A stretch of DNA of 60,485 nt, filler included, from 10 parts of 10 records of this genome joined end to end with filler, not necessarily neighbours in it, one strand, 5' to 3'. Positions 1 to 11,691 are shown, numbered from the whole stretch's first letter. Notes: generated by a model from the letters alone, not told the origin. Program-made: numbers and translations.

Positions 1-6
1 TCCGAG

Positions 7-1197
7 ATGCAGAGAAAAATCTTACTTTTCTCTGTTTTTAATAACCTTCAGGATCTTGTTCTTATCGTAAACAGTGATGGTATCGTAGCTTTTATGAACA
101 GAGTTGCAGTCAACAAGCTTGGCGATCAGATTGGAATGACTTGTTCTCAGATTCTTGCTTGTGAACAGGAACAATGCCTTTCATGTCGTATAAAAAAGGG
201 AGATAGGGAATCATCAAGACCGGAAGTCTTTGAACATAAATTAAACGGGCATACTTATGAAATCGCCATGAATGCTATTCATGGAGATCCGGAAGGTCTT
301 GTGATTCTTATCATGCGTGACAGAACAAAGAGAAAAGCGCTTGAAAGACAAGTGGTCACAAATGAAAAGATGGTGGCTTTGGGACAGCTTGTAGCGGGCG
401 TGGCTCATGAAATTAACAACCCGATTACCTTTGTCGCTTCAAATGTCGAGTATTTTGAATTAATTCAAAAAATGTTGAATGAATACATCAATATGCTTGA
501 AAAAGCGATGAATGAAGCATATGCAACAGCTCCTCCTGAGATTGCAAAAATAATCGAAAATGTAAAAAAATGGGAAGAAGAAAAAGATTTTACCGAAAAA
601 TTGAACGAATTGCCATCCTTGCTTGAAGATATTAATGATGGGGTGGATAGGGTAAAGAAAATCGTAGCTGACCTTAAGGATTTTTCGCATCAGGGTACCG
701 AGCAAAAGGATCATGCAGATGTCAACGCTATATTAAAGCAAACTATCAGAATAGCCCATAACCAGCTTAAAAAGAACATTACGGTAGTCGCTAATTATGA
801 CGAATCCGTTAACGCCATCCCTTGCTGGCCGCAGCAACTAAAACAGGTGTTTCTGAATCTTGTTGTCAATGCTGCCGGTGCGATGAAAAATGAAGAAGAG
901 GGCGTTTTGTCTATAGAATCTAAAGTGTCCGATGATTTCTTGAACATCAGGATTTCAGACAATGGGCCGGGAATGAGCGATGAGGTCAAACAACGAATTT
1001 TTGAACCGTTTTTCACCACCAAAGAAGTTGGAGATGGCACAGGCTTGGGATTATCCATCGCTTATAGCATTATCGAGAGACATCAGGGAGAGATGAGTGT
1101 TGAAAGTGTTGAAGGAAAAGGTGCTTCTTTCATCGTTAAATTGCCTATTCCAACCGATTCTGAAAAACAAAAAAACCGGCCATCAATCATTTCATAA
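7..1197 (+). CDS. PAS-domain sensor histidine kinase (NtrB-like), probably 5'-truncated at the window edge
   Basis: H-box EKMVALGQLVAGVAHEINNP, N-box QVFLNLVVNA, G1 DNGPG, F-box FEPFFTTK, G2 GTGLGL; PAS-like N-terminus. Confidence 0.9.
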   Translation: MQRKILLFSVFNNLQDLVLIVNSDGIVAFMNRVAVNKLGDQIGMTCSQILACEQEQCLSCRIKKGDRESSRPEVFEHKLNGHTYEIAMNAIHGDPEGLVILIMRDRTKRKALERQVVTNEKMVALGQLVAGVAHEINNPITFVASNVEYFELIQKMLNEYINMLEKAMNEAYATAPPEIAKIIENVKKWEEEKDFTEKLNELPSLLEDINDGVDRVKKIVADLKDFSHQGTEQKDHADVNAILKQTIRIAHNQLKKNITVVANYDESVNAIPCWPQQLKQVFLNLVVNAAGAMKNEEEGVLSIESKVSDDFLNIRISDNGPGMSDEVKQRIFEPFFTTKEVGDGTGLGLSIAYSIIERHQGEMSVESVEGKGASFIVKLPIPTDSEKQKNRPSIIS

Positions 1198-1238
1198 GAT
1201 CGAAGACCGGCTTTTCTTTTTATTCAGGCTTACGCTTA

Positions 1239-2300
1239 CTAGATTTCGGACATTGCGCCTTTCCAGATTTCGTAAGAGCCGTTTCTGTTATCTTCCCAAT
1301 AAAGTTCACCTTTATATAGGAACGGGAATTTCTGATCGCCAGCATCATTACTTAACTGCACTATGTCATTGGCACTTTGTGCTTTGCTTAAATCCGCTCC
1401 ATAGATGTCATAGTTTTCCGGTCCTTTTTCACTCCAGAGAACAACTGATCCGAAGATTCTCATGTCGTTGATCGGTTCAATAGTCAAGTCTTTGTCATCG
1501 GAGTTGATGGCCAGGGTTGGGCCTTCGGCTTTTTCTACATTATACATTTTGATTTTGTCATCAGTGTCAAGCCATACAAGGTAGGGACTGGAATACTGCA
1601 AAAGGTTGAAGTTCGAGTCCTGGCCTAGTTCTTCAAGTTTCGGCAGGCTTCTTGTGAGGTCTGTCTTAAACAAGCGACCATCTGTTGTTGCTACGAAAGC
1701 CCATCTGCTATCACAAGCAAATGATTTTACAGTAACCGGATCTGAACCGAGGGCAGGATCAAGAAGAGTGTTTCTGACAATCTTGCTTGCATCGCTGAAT
1801 TTGCTCATGGTGACCTGAATTAGATATCCTCCGACCTGTGCTGCGACATAAACATCATTGTCACCTTGTTTGATAATACATGAACCTGGGGCAAGAACTC
1901 CTGTTTGTGCGACATCTGTTGTGTTTGGCGACCATCTCGATCTGAAGCTCTGGGCTGTGCTTACGTTCCACACCAGATAGTTCTGGTTGATGGAGTATTG
2001 TGTTACTCCATATGATGCGCCAGAGAGGGTTTTCATGTCGATTGCGATAAATTCTTTTGTAGAAAGCTTTTCGGCGAAGATTTTACCGGCAAGGTTTCTG
2101 TACATGATTGTAGTGATGCCATCAAGATCGAACACATGCGGTGCCAGGTATGTTTTGTCTGAGTCGGCAAGCAGCACAGTTCCTTGAACCTGTGTTCCCT
2201 GATTGTTGTTGTCATCGTCATCTGCTTCATCGCCGCAGGCTGATATCGATAAGATAAGCATCAGTGCAAAAAGAATCAGTAATTTTGAGTATTTAGGCAT
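1239..2300 (-). CDS. Putative lipoprotein with C-terminal beta-propeller-type repeats
   Basis: Signal peptide with lipobox ISAC; VVLWSE..NYDIYGADL and DQKFPFLYKGELYWEDNRNGSYEIW resemble WxDxRNGxxDIY propeller repeats. Confidence 0.6.
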   Translation of the reverse strand: MPKYSKLLILFALMLILSISACGDEADDDDNNNQGTQVQGTVLLADSDKTYLAPHVFDLDGITTIMYRNLAGKIFAEKLSTKEFIAIDMKTLSGASYGVTQYSINQNYLVWNVSTAQSFRSRWSPNTTDVAQTGVLAPGSCIIKQGDNDVYVAAQVGGYLIQVTMSKFSDASKIVRNTLLDPALGSDPVTVKSFACDSRWAFVATTDGRLFKTDLTRSLPKLEELGQDSNFNLLQYSSPYLVWLDTDDKIKMYNVEKAEGPTLAINSDDKDLTIEPINDMRIFGSVVLWSEKGPENYDIYGADLSKAQSANDIVQLSNDAGDQKFPFLYKGELYWEDNRNGSYEIWKGAMSEI

Positions 2301-2575
2301 TTTCGTTCTCCATTTTAATGTTCGTAATATTTGATTTCTTGCTATCTTCTTTCCAAAATATGGTTGAAGAATAGACTAATGGCAATTCGAGATCAAGAAA
2401 AACGAGCAAATCTGGTGAATATTATAAAGAAATTGCAATATGCTGAAAAATTGAGTTGAATTTTAAGCTTTCAGAAAATCAAATCTACTTGCCATAAATT
2501 GTCTTTTAATGATAATGTTCTATTTTCAATTTATCGACAATTTCATTTTACACGTAGTTTTTTAAGGATGATATT

Positions 2576-4240
2576 ATGAGTGATGAATTCATCAAACGAA
2601 AAGCCGAATGGGAAGAGAAGAAGGTAAAACCTACAACTGACAGGTTTCCTGAGAGAAAAGAAACTTTTAAAACGCATAGCGGTTTTGATATCAGCAGGTT
2701 GTATACTCCGGAAGATATCAAAGATAGCGATTATCTGGAAGATGTGGGATTTCCTGCAATGTATCCATTTACCAGAGGTGTTCAGCCGACTATGTATCGA
2801 GGACGCTTCTGGACGATGCGCCAGTATGCCGGTTTTGCCTCTGCCGAAGAGTCAAACCAAAGATATAAAATGCTTATCAAGAAAGGCGGAACAGGTCTTT
2901 CTGTTGCTTTCGATTTGCCGACGCAGATGGGATATGACGCCGATCACCAAATGGCTCATGGAGAAGTCGGTCGTGTAGGAGTTTCTATTTGTTCATTGAA
3001 AGACATGGAAACCTTGTTTAACGAGATCGATCTTAGCAAGGTCAGCACTTCAATGACGATCAACGCCACGGCGGCAGTTTTATTATGTATGTATATCGCT
3101 GTTGCAGAAAATCAGGGAGTTGAAGCTTCTGCTTTGCGTGGAACTATTCAGAATGATCTTTTGAAAGAATATATTGCCAGAGGAGCCTATATTTTCCCGC
3201 CTCAGCAATCTATGAGAGTCATTACAGACTTGTTTGCATATTGTAATCAGAATGTACCGAAATGGAACCCGATTTCAATTTCCGGTTATCATATCCGTGA
3301 AGCGGGAAGTACAGCACCACAGGAAATCGGTTTTACAATTGCGAATGGAATCGCTTATGTTGATGCAGCAATCAAAGCTGGACTTGATGTAGATCAATTT
3401 GCTGGCAGGCTTTCATTTTTCTTTGCTTCTCACAATAATTTGCTTGAAGAAGTCGCTAAATTCCGTGCTGCCAGAAGGTTGTGGGCGAAAATCATGAAAG
3501 AGAGATTCCACGCCAAGAATCCGAAATCAATGCTTTTGCGCTTCCATACCCAGACTGCTGGATGCTCGCTAACAGCACAGCAACCACAAAATAACGTTGT
3601 TCGTGTTGCAATGCAGGCTTTGGCTGCCATGCTTGGTGGAACACAATCGTTGCATACAAATTCCATGGACGAAGCCTTGGCTCTGCCATCAGAGGCGAGT
3701 GCTACTTTGGCTCTAAGAACCCAGCAGGTTTTGGGTTACGAATCAGGTTGTGCCGATACAATCGATCCTTTGGCTGGCTCGTACTATGTGGAATCATTGA
3801 CGAATCAGATCGAAGAAAAAGCGATGGAATACATCAAGGCTATTGACGATATGGGTGGTTCTGTTCATGGAATCGAGCAAGGTTATCAGTCTAATGAAAT
3901 CCATGAAGCCGCTTTTGCCGAGCAGAGAAGAATTGAAAAGAAAGAGCAGATTGTAGTTGGTGTTAACGAGTTCAAGAGTGAAAAGGAAACTCAGGTACCT
4001 ATTCAGCGAGTTACCAGCGAAGTTGAAGTTAATCAATGTGCAAAGCTAAAGGCACTTCGTGAGGGGAGAGACAATACTGCTGTTGATGAAGCTATCAAAA
4101 ATATCGTTGCTGCTGCTCAAAATCCGGAAGAAAATCTGGTACCTCATATTTTGAAAGCTGTCAAAACGTATGCAACTTTGGGCGAAGTTGCCGATGCTTT
4201 ACGTGGTGTTTTCGGTGTTCATGAAATGGGTGGAATGTAA
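2576..4240 (+). CDS. Methylmalonyl-CoA mutase, substrate-binding (large) subunit; no B12-binding domain
   Basis: [61 protein letters not shown]; Tyr (RQY) and Arg (IARG) specificity residues match MCM rather than isobutyryl-CoA mutase. Confidence 0.93.
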   Translation: MSDEFIKRKAEWEEKKVKPTTDRFPERKETFKTHSGFDISRLYTPEDIKDSDYLEDVGFPAMYPFTRGVQPTMYRGRFWTMRQYAGFASAEESNQRYKMLIKKGGTGLSVAFDLPTQMGYDADHQMAHGEVGRVGVSICSLKDMETLFNEIDLSKVSTSMTINATAAVLLCMYIAVAENQGVEASALRGTIQNDLLKEYIARGAYIFPPQQSMRVITDLFAYCNQNVPKWNPISISGYHIREAGSTAPQEIGFTIANGIAYVDAAIKAGLDVDQFAGRLSFFFASHNNLLEEVAKFRAARRLWAKIMKERFHAKNPKSMLLRFHTQTAGCSLTAQQPQNNVVRVAMQALAAMLGGTQSLHTNSMDEALALPSEASATLALRTQQVLGYESGCADTIDPLAGSYYVESLTNQIEEKAMEYIKAIDDMGGSVHGIEQGYQSNEIHEAAFAEQRRIEKKEQIVVGVNEFKSEKETQVPIQRVTSEVEVNQCAKLKALREGRDNTAVDEAIKNIVAAAQNPEENLVPHILKAVKTYATLGEVADALRGVFGVHEMGGM

Positions 4241-4287
4241 ACAACTAAATACGTCAAGAACGTTGCGCAACATATAAGGAAATAAAA

Positions 4288-4689
4288 ATGATTAAAAGAA
4301 TAGATCACATTGCAATCGGAGTAAAAAATCTCGATGAATCTATCAAATTTTATAAAGATGTCTTAGGGCTTGATGTCTCCGAGCCGGAAGTTGTAGAGTC
4401 ACAGAAAGTCAGGATCGTCATGGTTCCAGTCGGTGAAGTGAAGCTTGAACTTATGGAAGCCACTTCCGATGAATCTCCTCTTGCCAAAAGCATGGCGAAA
4501 AGAGGTGAGGGCATTCAGCATATCTGCTTTAGAACTGATGATATCAATAATCAGATGCAGACTTTGCAAAAGGAAGAGATTCCGCTATTGCAGAAAGAAC
4601 CGATTGAAGGCGCGCACAATACGCTGGCTTTCTTCCTGCATCCCAAAGCCGCAAATGGCGTTCTGCTGGAATTCAACCAGAAGAAGTAA
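4288..4689 (+). CDS. mce: Methylmalonyl-CoA epimerase
   Basis: VOC fold motifs IDHIAIGV, KLELME, GEGIQHIC, FLHPK..NGVLLE; directly downstream of the mutase. Confidence 0.92.
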   Translation: MIKRIDHIAIGVKNLDESIKFYKDVLGLDVSEPEVVESQKVRIVMVPVGEVKLELMEATSDESPLAKSMAKRGEGIQHICFRTDDINNQMQTLQKEEIPLLQKEPIEGAHNTLAFFLHPKAANGVLLEFNQKK

Positions 4690-4714
4690 AACCACACGAG
4701 CCACACTAAATATT

Positions 4715-4744
4715 AAAGGATGGGATCTTCCCGTCCTTTTTTTT
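4715..4744 (+). terminator. Intrinsic terminator after mce
   Basis: AAAGGATGGGA-tct-TCCCGTCCTTT hairpin followed by a T-run. Confidence 0.8.
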
Positions 4745-4782
4745 GAGATATTCTTTTTATATGTTTTCACTTAGAAGTAAAA

Positions 4783-5936
4783 TTAGTCATTTATTTTGTC
4801 AAGTGATGATCTTACGGTTTGAGCTAACACTTGTACACTAAACGGCTTTTTCATTACATGTTTTACACCACTTCTCTGAATCAGATGGCTTTTGGTTTCC
4901 GCAATGGATCCAGTGGTTATAATTATAGATTGCCCGTCATTTATCTTAAAAATTTCTTTAACAAGTTCAGCTCCACTCATTTTGGGCATTGTCAAATCCG
5001 TAATAACAAGCTGAAAGTTATTTGGTGACTCCTTATATGTTGCCAATGCTTCCTGTCCGTCATGTTTTGCAATTACTTTATAACCAAGTCTTGTTAAAAG
5101 GTTTTTTGCAAATCTAGTAACACTTGGTTCATCATCTACGTATAAAATCGTTTCATGTCCACTTGGAAGGCTAACTTGTTTCGATTTTAGTTCTATATCT
5201 TCAACGGCTATTACTGGCAATGATATATAAAAAGTAGTTCCACTATCAAGCTGACTATCAACAGAAATTTCACCACCAAGGCTTTCTACGATTCCATGTA
5301 CAACAGATAATCCAAGACCTGTTCCACTTCCTGTCGGTTTAGTTGTAAAAAACGGATCGAATATTTGATTCTTAATTTTATCCGGTATTCCATGTCCATT
5401 ATCGGAGATAGTCAATACGCATTTCGCATGTGAAATATTGTCTTGTGAACAATTTTCGTTAGAGGTTTTTAGCTCGATATTGATGATACCGTGTTGTTCA
5501 TCAACTGCATGAGATGCATTTGTACAAAGATTCATTACAAGTTGATGGATTTCTGTTGGGTCTGCCAGCACTTTAACGTTTTCATCTTGGACAATTTGAT
5601 TAAGTTCTATAGATGCTGGTAGTGATGATCTGAGAAGTTTGTAGGTTTCTTTTAAAATATCATTAACTACTACAGCTTTTCGTTCTCTGCTTTCTCTGCG
5701 ACTGAATAGCAATATTTGTTTTACAAGGCTAGTAGCTCTTTCTGCTGCATCAAGAGCTATACGCAAGTCCTCCATTATTATGTCTTTGTTTTCTTTGTCA
5801 AATTGCATCATAACAAGCTGAAGATTACCGATAATCGCGCTAAGAATATTGTTGAAATCGTGGGCGATGCCACCTGCCAACGTGCCAAGTGATTCCATTT
5901 TTTGAGATTGATGAAGCAGTGCTGTTACTCTTTTTT
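4783..5936 (-). CDS. Hybrid sensor histidine kinase/response regulator (C-terminal part; truncated by contig end)
   Basis: QKMESLGTLAGGIAHDFNNIL H-box, HATPase motifs, receiver domain YVDDE..ITDLTMP..KPF. Confidence 0.92.
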
Positions 5937-6036
5937 NNNNNNNNNNNNNNNNNNNNNNNNNNNNNNNNNNNNNNNNNNNNTTAATTAATTAANNNNNNNN
6001 NNNNNNNNNNNNNNNNNNNNNNNNNNNNNNNNNNNN
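5937..6036. other. Artificial contig spacer (N44-TTAATTAATTAA-N44); identical spacers at 11692-11791, 16949-17048, 24056-24155, 30409-30508, 36803-36902, 43377-43476, 49759-49858, 54864-54963
   Basis: Identical 100-nt pattern with stop codons in all six frames; composition and gene content change abruptly across each. Confidence 0.99.
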
Positions 6037-6240
6037 ATAAAGAAACCTCTGAAAATACGACGTATCGTTCAGCTGGATTCTGCCACGGCCTGCAGGACGA
6101 ACTATACGGCGGCAGACGGCAGGTGCAGTTGAGTCGTTTTATCCACTAAATCAGATCCTCTGAACCGGTTATCCTGACCTGATAAGGAGAATCAGAGGCA
6201 GAAAAAAGGCGATTATAAGGCTGATGGAGATCCCGGAGGA

Positions 6241-6561
6241 TTACACCTCGACGACCGCCACCAGCACTTCAATCGCCTTCCAGGCGGCGGCGCTCAGGTC
6301 TTTGCGGGTCACCAGGCCTTCACTGATTCCCTGGGCAACCGGAACTCCGGGATCGGCCGCTTCGGACCAGGGCGGCGGGACCGCCTGAACCACCCTTCGG
6401 ATATCGTCCAGGGCATTGGGAGTACTGATATTCTTCTTCTTCCACGCCGCCACTGCTGAGGAAATCTCCTTCAGGCGGGCTTCATTCTTTCTTTCAGCGA
6501 CCAGTTTCGACACCCTGAGGAGTTCCCGTTCCACGGCCTTTGTATACTTTGATTCGCTCAT
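6241..6561 (-). CDS. Small hypothetical protein, translationally coupled to the PIN-PhoH gene
   Basis: 106-aa ORF with an ATGA overlap with the upstream stop (6558-6561) and a GGAG RBS. Confidence 0.7.
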   Translation of the reverse strand: MSESKYTKAVERELLRVSKLVAERKNEARLKEISSAVAAWKKKNISTPNALDDIRRVVQAVPPPWSEAADPGVPVAQGISEGLVTRKDLSAAAWKAIEVLVAVVEV

Positions 6562-7868
6562 AACAGCTCCGCCGCCAGTTCTGCCAGGGGACTGCGTTCG
6601 CTTTTGGCCAGAGAGATATGTCCGGCGAGGGTCTGGCCTTTGAACGCCTCCACCAGGTAGGTGAGGCCGTTTGATTCGGCATCGAGATAGGGACTGTCGA
6701 TCTGGTACGGATCTCCAGTGAGGACGACTTTGGATCCGTCTCCCGCCCGGCTGACGATGGTTTTCACTTCATGAGGCGTGAGGTTCTGGGCCTCATCGAT
6801 GATGATGTACTGCCGGGGCAGCGACCGGCCGCGGATGTAGGTGATGGCTTCGATCTCCATCACCTTATTGTTCAGCAACTGGTCGATGCTCTTGAGGTTC
6901 TGCTGCTTGGCGGAATCGATGATGAATTCAAGATTGTCGAATACCGGCTGCATCCAGTGGGACATTTTCGCCTGCTTCTGGCCGGGAAGGTATCCGAGGT
7001 CCTGCCCCATGGGGATGATCGGGCGGCTCACCAGAACCCGGGCGTACTGCTTCTCCTCCAGGGTTTTCTTCAGGGCCGCGGCCATGGCCAGCAGTGTCTT
7101 TCCGGTACCGGCCTTGCCCACCAGGGTAACCAGGGGAATGGTGTCATCCATCAGAAGGTCGAAGGCCATCCGCTGCTTCACATTCAACGGTTTGATGCCC
7201 ATTACCGGTTCCTGCCAGGACTCGATATATTTGAGCAGGTCTTCCTCTTCCAGCCGACGGCCGATGTGGAGAGTCCTGTTCTCTTCGCTTTCCTGCTTGA
7301 AGAGAACGAACTGATGGGGCAAAAGCGGGCGGTCCTCCCAGGCGAGCCGACCCGACATCTGGAAGTCGGTCAGGAGCTTGTCATTAATGGTGCTCTCCAC
7401 GACTCCTTCGTAGAGATGTTCCATGCTGACCTTGTTCTTCTCATAGTCGACTGCCTTGAGACCGAGAACAGCGGCCTTGATCCGGGCGTTGATATCCTTT
7501 GAAACGAAAAAGACATCATCCCCCCGCTGCATCAGCGCCAGGGCACAGAGGATGATCTTGTTGTCCATCTTATCTATCGTCAGGTCGCCGGGCACCACCG
7601 CTTCTTGGGAAAATCCCACTTTCAGAGTGCCGCCGGAAGGAAGCTTCACACCGTGCTGCAGGCTGCCTCGCTTCGAGAACTCATTAATGTAACGGATGGC
7701 CTGTCTGGCGCTTCGACCACGGCCGGCGTGGTCGCGTTTCAGGTTATCCAGTTCTTCAAAAACCCACAGGGGAATGATAACCAGCGAGTCACGAAAAGAC
7801 ATGAAGGCATCCGGTCGGTGAATCAGGACATTGGTGTCGATAACGAAGGTCTTCTCGTGTTGTTTCAA
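6558..7868 (-). CDS. phoH: PhoH2/YlaK-type protein (PIN domain + PhoH ATPase)
   Basis: PIN motifs FVIDTNVL, EELD, DNKII, SKDIN; Walker A GKAGTGKT; RGRSL, DEAQN, GDPYQID, SERS; start moved to TTG 7868 behind a GGAGG RBS. Confidence 0.9.
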   Translation of the reverse strand: MKQHEKTFVIDTNVLIHRPDAFMSFRDSLVIIPLWVFEELDNLKRDHAGRGRSARQAIRYINEFSKRGSLQHGVKLPSGGTLKVGFSQEAVVPGDLTIDKMDNKIILCALALMQRGDDVFFVSKDINARIKAAVLGLKAVDYEKNKVSMEHLYEGVVESTINDKLLTDFQMSGRLAWEDRPLLPHQFVLFKQESEENRTLHIGRRLEEEDLLKYIESWQEPVMGIKPLNVKQRMAFDLLMDDTIPLVTLVGKAGTGKTLLAMAAALKKTLEEKQYARVLVSRPIIPMGQDLGYLPGQKQAKMSHWMQPVFDNLEFIIDSAKQQNLKSIDQLLNNKVMEIEAITYIRGRSLPRQYIIIDEAQNLTPHEVKTIVSRAGDGSKVVLTGDPYQIDSPYLDAESNGLTYLVEAFKGQTLAGHISLAKSERSPLAELAAELL

Positions 7869-7970
7869 GGATCCTCCCGTTGAACAGAGCCGGGACTGCG
7901 ACAGCCCCGGCATATCTCTATTATTGATTGGACGGCCTCCGACTTTCCAGACACCGGAGGGGAGAATCAA

Positions 7971-10427
7971 TCAGCTCTCTTCGGGCTGGCCTTCCTCATC
8001 GACAATAATGAGCTCTTCCCGGCCGTTCCAGTCGCCTTCGCTCAGCGTCACGCCTTCACCTACATCCAGTGTGAACGAATCGGATTCCGCCGGTTCCAGC
8101 CGGGGCGGCTCATCTTCAGGCGGTGCAATGGATTTCTCATCCACAAGTGAGTAATCGCCGGGTCCCGGGCCGTCGGAGCGGTCAGCGGAATTCGCCGTTC
8201 CGGCTTCGGGTTCAGGGGCCTCCTGTTTCACGAAGGTATCCTCGCTGCGGGACATTTCGCCGCTGTTCGAAGATACAGGCGTCAGCCCACCGATTCCGGC
8301 GGGCTCCGGCGACTGGGTACTGAACTCCGTCGCTTCGGATGACAGCAGGGGGAGGCCCTCCGCTTCCGGGGATTCGGTTTCGGTGCCGGTCCGGACCAAC
8401 GACACTCCGTTGTCGGCTGCCGTCATGTCGATACCGGCGGAGCCACCGGCCTGTACCGGTGAATCGGCCTCGCCGGACGATGGTGCCGGCGTCGAAAGCC
8501 CGACGGTTCCGCCTGTTCCGCTGTAACCGGATACAGACGGGGCTGATTCCTCGTCCACGGTATTCAAGCCGCCGGACTTCCGATCATCGCCTGTGCGGAA
8601 CTTACTGACCGCATCGTCCAGGTTGCCGCTGATTTCCTTTATCTGGTCCGAAACGTCCTGAGTCCGTTCGGCACTCAGGCGGATGATGGACATGCCGGTA
8701 CGTATTTCTTCACTGCCGGAGGAGACCTGCCGGGACACATCGGATGCGACAGTAACTGAATTGCGGACTGAATGGATGTTCTCCGAGATGTCACTCGAAC
8801 TGTCCTTGACCTGGCTGGTGTACTCCTGGAGTTCGGTCATGGCTTCCATCACCTGGCTGCCGCCTTCACCGAGTTCCTCAATGCTGCTGGCGACTTCGGA
8901 AAGACTGTTGATGACGCCCTTTACTTCGGCGTCGATCACCTCGAAGGAGGCAACAGTCTCTCCGCTGGCGTCTCCGGCCTCGTTGATATCGTCGATGATG
9001 GCTCTGAGGTTCTCGGAGATGACCCGTGAGTTCTCGGATGTTGTTTCGGCGAGTTTACGGATTTCGTCGGCGACGACGGCGAATCCGCGTCCGGCATCAC
9101 CGGCATGGGCGGCCTCAATCGCGGCGTTCATGGCCAGCAGGTTCGTCTGGTCGGCGACGCCCTTGATGATGTCCGCCATTTCCTGAATGGCATTCACATG
9201 GCCGCTGACCCTCTTGATGATCTGGCCGGTTTCCTCGATCTTTTCGCTTCCTTCATTGGAGGCATTGCCGAGTTTTGCCGCTGCTTCCCTGTTGGTTCCG
9301 ACGATCCGGGACATGCTGGTCAGCGATGCGGTGATCTCGGTCATCGCCGCGGTGGATTCCTCCACCATACTCACCTGGGACTCAATCATCTCGGAGAATC
9401 CATCGACCCGCTCGACGATGAGTTCGGCGGCATCGGCGGACTGCTGTACGCTATCATCCAGCATGGCCGTCAGCGACAGAATGGAATCCACATTCTTCTC
9501 CCCCTCTTCCACCGAACCGGCGGAATCCTGCACCGATCGCAAAAGGTCGTTCCTGGCCCGGGAGTTCTCGGAGGCTCCATCCTGAATGCTTCTGACGGCT
9601 GTCCTCAGGTTCTCGATAAATCCGTTCAGGTTTCGGCCGAGGTTGGACAGTTCGTCCCTGCCATCGGCATGAACGGTGACGGTGAGATCGCCGTCGGAAA
9701 GGATCTTGATGTCACCGATCAGCAGCTTCACCTTCTTCAGGATGGTCTGGATGATGAAGGCCGACAGGATAATGGAGATCAGAATGGAACCGCCGATCCC
9801 CAGGTTCATCACCAGGGTCTGCCGACGGGCCATGGCATCGATTTCATCATTGATGAATTTGATCTCCTTGTCCAATTGACCGACGTTCGAGACGATTGTG
9901 TTGTGGATCATCATCTGGGCGGTGATGAAGCGGTCGGCAGCGTCGAACACCTCCTGGAAGTTACCTCGTCGGTAGGTTTCTTCCGTCACGATCTGGAAAA
10001 TCGACGTTCCGCTGATGTAGGGATAGTTTTCGGTGGTGATTCGCCAGAATTCGTTGGCACTGCGCCGGAGGTTGGAACGTCGCCCTTTCATCAGGTCATC
10101 CAGCCGGTAGATGGTATCCAGTGCCTGGTCCACTTCTTCGCTCAGGGCAGGAATCCTGACAATCTGAGTCTTGGCTTCCAGAAAGATGGTTTCCGTATTC
10201 GCCGACACTTCCTGGTAGTGATCCACCGTGGTATCGAAGGCGGTGATCAGAAAGCCCATGGTTGTGGCCTCTTCTTCATTGAGGGCGGCCATCATGCTCT
10301 GCAGGATCTGCTGCTCATCCCGGATCCTGTTCATGGTGGACGACTGGAAATTCACATAGACCATGGACAGAATCAGAATGATATTGACGATGGAAATCAG
10401 CCCGAACAGCCTGGCTTTAATGGACAT
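7971..10427 (-). CDS. Methyl-accepting chemotaxis protein with a long acidic disordered C-terminal tail
   Basis: Two TM helices, HAMP (GRDELSNL), signalling hairpin [43 protein letters not shown]. Confidence 0.93.
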   Translation of the reverse strand: MSIKARLFGLISIVNIILILSMVYVNFQSSTMNRIRDEQQILQSMMAALNEEEATTMGFLITAFDTTVDHYQEVSANTETIFLEAKTQIVRIPALSEEVDQALDTIYRLDDLMKGRRSNLRRSANEFWRITTENYPYISGTSIFQIVTEETYRRGNFQEVFDAADRFITAQMMIHNTIVSNVGQLDKEIKFINDEIDAMARRQTLVMNLGIGGSILISIILSAFIIQTILKKVKLLIGDIKILSDGDLTVTVHADGRDELSNLGRNLNGFIENLRTAVRSIQDGASENSRARNDLLRSVQDSAGSVEEGEKNVDSILSLTAMLDDSVQQSADAAELIVERVDGFSEMIESQVSMVEESTAAMTEITASLTSMSRIVGTNREAAAKLGNASNEGSEKIEETGQIIKRVSGHVNAIQEMADIIKGVADQTNLLAMNAAIEAAHAGDAGRGFAVVADEIRKLAETTSENSRVISENLRAIIDDINEAGDASGETVASFEVIDAEVKGVINSLSEVASSIEELGEGGSQVMEAMTELQEYTSQVKDSSSDISENIHSVRNSVTVASDVSRQVSSGSEEIRTGMSIIRLSAERTQDVSDQIKEISGNLDDAVSKFRTGDDRKSGGLNTVDEESAPSVSGYSGTGGTVGLSTPAPSSGEADSPVQAGGSAGIDMTAADNGVSLVRTGTETESPEAEGLPLLSSEATEFSTQSPEPAGIGGLTPVSSNSGEMSRSEDTFVKQEAPEPEAGTANSADRSDGPGPGDYSLVDEKSIAPPEDEPPRLEPAESDSFTLDVGEGVTLSEGDWNGREELIIVDEEGQPEES

Positions 10428-10534
10428 CTTGAACCTCCGGTATTGAATCCTAACGCATCCTATTGATAGAGAAAACAGGATTTTGGTACCGGCCGTTGCT
10501 TCACGCCACGAAATCCCGATAAACTATCGGGTCC

Positions 10535-11691
10535 ATGAATTCTAAGACCGCACCGCTGATCGTACAGGGAGACGGATCCCTGCTTCTCGATGTTCACGAC
10601 CCCTCCTTCGAGGCGGCCCGGGGTGAAATCAGCGCTTTCGCCGAGTTGGAGAAGTCGCCGGAGCATGTTCATACCTACAGGATATCACCCCTTTCATTAT
10701 GGAATGCGGCCGGCGCCGGCTGGCAATGCGACGCTGTCACCGGGGCGTTGAACCGATGGAGCCGCTACCCGGTTCCGGACAACATCATCACCCAAGTGAA
10801 GGATGTTATCTCCCGCTGGGGGAATATCAGGCTGGTGGAATCCGATTTTATCCTGCCCCGCATCTCACTGGATGAAGAACCGGCCGATGATGCCGCTGAA
10901 GGAGCGGAAGTACCGGCAGTGTCTGAAGAGCCTTCGGATTCGGACAGGTGGCTGCGCCTGGAAGTGGACGATATCGCGGTGTACGAGGAACTCCGGGCCC
11001 GCAGAGCGCTGGCGAAACGGCTCGTCCCCGACGGCAAAGGTTTCCTTGTCCGCCTGGTGGACAGGGGTACGGTGAAGGCCGAGCTCATCCGGATAGGATT
11101 CCCGGTTGTGGATATGGTCCCCCTCCGGGACGGCGAACCGCTGGAGATTACCCTCAGGAACCTATGCGGAGACGGCAGTCCCTTTCATATCAGGGACTAC
11201 CAGAAAGATGCTGTCGCCGCATTTACGGGAACTGGCGAAGCGGGCACCGGCTTCGGTACCGTCGTGATGCCCTGCGGTTCGGGAAAGACCGTCGTGGGCA
11301 TCGCCGCAATGGCGGCTATGGACACCCGCACCCTGATTCTGACAACCAATGTGGCGGCCGTGCATCAGTGGCGGAATGAGCTGATGGACAAGACCGAACT
11401 CACCGAAGATCAGATCACCGAATACACCGGCGACAGGAAGGAAGTGGGGCCGGTAACGGTCGCCACCTATCAAATACTCACATGGAGGAAAGGAAAAGGA
11501 GGGCCCTACCCTCACTTCGACCTCTTCCGGAAACATCCCTGGGGACTGATCATCTACGACGAGGTCCACCTCCTGCCTGCGCCGGTCTTCCGTGTAACGG
11601 CGGAACTGCAGGCCGTGAAGAGGCTGGGACTAACCGCCACCCTCATCCGGGAGGATGGAGCGGAACGGGATGTCTTCTCGCTGGTTGGGCC
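10535..11691 (+). CDS. XPB/Rad25-like DNA repair helicase (3'-truncated)
   Basis: N-terminal PLIVQGD..LLDV..AELEKSPEHVHTYRISPLSLWNA, RDYQ, PCGSGKT, DEVH, GLTATL. Confidence 0.92.

Noticed and set aside
5981..5992. TTAATTAATTAA recurring nine times as a possible biological repeat
   Set aside because: Always centred in N-runs of fixed length; an artificial six-frame-stop linker
9105..10466. Long + strand ORF (453 aa) and similar ORFs at 6771-7502, 30679-31662, 51125-52231
   Set aside because: Antisense shadows of well-supported GC-rich genes, with no motifs
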